IMG/VR virus record: IMGVR_UViG_2541047844_000002
Coordinates: 1-7,281 of that record
DNA length: 7,281 nt
Reading direction: 5' to 3' (one strand)
Source of the DNA: a virus
Lineage: Duplodnaviria > Heunggongvirae > Uroviricota > Caudoviricetes
Shown here: piece by piece, positions 6,702 to 7,281 of the stretch
Layout of the letters: every line of letters begins with the position of its first letter
Position numbering within the stretch: the first letter of the stretch is position 1
Position numbers and translations under genes: made by a program
The notes under the pieces: generated by a model
Database searches by the model: none
The model's input: the letters and a program-made list of their open reading frames with translations, nothing else
What the model was told of the DNA's origin: nothing

Positions 6702-7114
6702 AATTCCCGCCCCTCAAGACGCTGACGACAGGCTTTACGTATCAGCCGGAAAAACAGCGACGCCACAAGATAAATCAGCGCGGTAAAAATCCACCCGGCA
6801 GCGACCAGCGAGATAAACGTCGCCACCATCACCACCAGACCCACCGCCCGTCTGCACCACGTCACCGGCTGCAAAAACAGCGACGTGACAATCTTCACGG
6901 CCAGCGATTCCGGCGGCAGCTCCCGCCCGTAGCGTTCAAGTACATACTCAGTGGCATACACGCCGACACCACCGGCAACCACACAGATAACCGTCGCCAG
7001 AATCGCCCAGGCAGCGACAAAACTGACGGCCACGCTCTGCGGGTAAATCAGGGACAGTGCCAGCATCAGCGCCAGCAACACGTTCAGCATCAGTGAAAGG
7101 GATAATTTCTTCAT
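6689..7114 (-). CDS. lysA: Lysis-timing membrane protein LysA (P2 LysA-like)
   Basis: 141 aa, very hydrophobic with several predicted transmembrane segments. It sits between the endolysin and lysB as in P2. Confidence 0.75.
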   Translation of the reverse strand: MKKLSLSLMLNVLLALMLALSLIYPQSVAVSFVAAWAILATVICVVAGGVGVYATEYVLERYGRELPPESLAVKIVTSLFLQPVTWCRRAVGLVVMVATFISLVAAGWIFTALIYLVASLFFRLIRKACRQRLEGRELCQS

Positions 7115-7128
7115 GGTGTTTACTCCGT

Positions 7129-7281
7129 TTAAGCCGGTACGCCGCCAGCGGTACGCCAGACGGTGACCAGTTTTTCCAGTGAATGTTCACGCTGACCGTA
7201 ACCGGCACCCGGCAGGGACGCCCAGATATTGCGACAGCGTGAAATGGCGCGCTCAATGCGTCCCGCCCGGATGTCATCCAG
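7129..7281 (-). CDS. K: Endolysin (phage lysozyme, P2 gpK-like), C-terminal 50 codons only; 5' end outside window
   Basis: The open frame from the window edge translates as LDDIRAGRIERAISRCRNIWASLPGAGYGQREHSLEKLVTVWRTAGGVPA, then stops (TAA, complement of 7129..7131) 14 nt before the lysA start. It is in the position of K in the P2 lysis cassette. Confidence 0.65.
   Translation of the reverse strand: MDDIRAGRIERAISRCRNIWASLPGAGYGQREHSLEKLVTVWRTAGGVPA

Noticed and set aside
6059-6786. Plus-strand ORFs (65, 89 and 76 aa) antisense to R, lysC and lysB
   Set aside because: Antisense to the spanin/R overlap region, which is already coding in two minus-strand frames. Low-complexity translations.
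6948-7277. 109-aa minus-strand ORF overlapping the lysA N-terminus and the end of K
   Set aside because: It is in a different frame from both lysA and the endolysin C-terminus, which reads through to a stop 14 nt before lysA. The product is Arg/Cys-rich and low complexity, typical of a spurious frame in GC-rich DNA.
1-7281. CRISPR arrays, tRNA or other RNA genes, IS elements, toxin-antitoxin or defence cargo
   Set aside because: No direct repeat arrays, no tRNA-like cloverleaf candidates and no terminal inverted repeats of a transposon were noticed. The window is filled by syntenic P2-like late genes with no room for inserted cargo.

Overview
This window is a contiguous block of P2-like (Peduovirus-type) prophage late genes, almost all on the minus strand in the canonical P2 order: endolysin K (3' end only), lysA, lysB with nested lysC (spanins), tail completion R and S, baseplate V, W, J, I, and tail fibre H with its chaperone. 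The most interesting feature is at the left end (about 1..1882): a Hin/Gin/Cin/Pin-type invertible DNA segment carrying two alternative tail-fibre C-terminal modules, each with its own tail-fibre-assembly chaperone, in opposite orientations. A 26-bp crossover site lies inside H (1857..1882) and its inverted partner is cut by the window start (1..14). The invertase gene is therefore expected just upstream, outside the window. Nearly every base is accounted for by these genes; I see no RNA genes, CRISPR array, insertion sequence or unexplained cargo, and no convincing evidence for a previously undescribed system beyond this known class of host-range switch. All protein-family assignments rest on my reading of the translations and P2 synteny, not on database searches.
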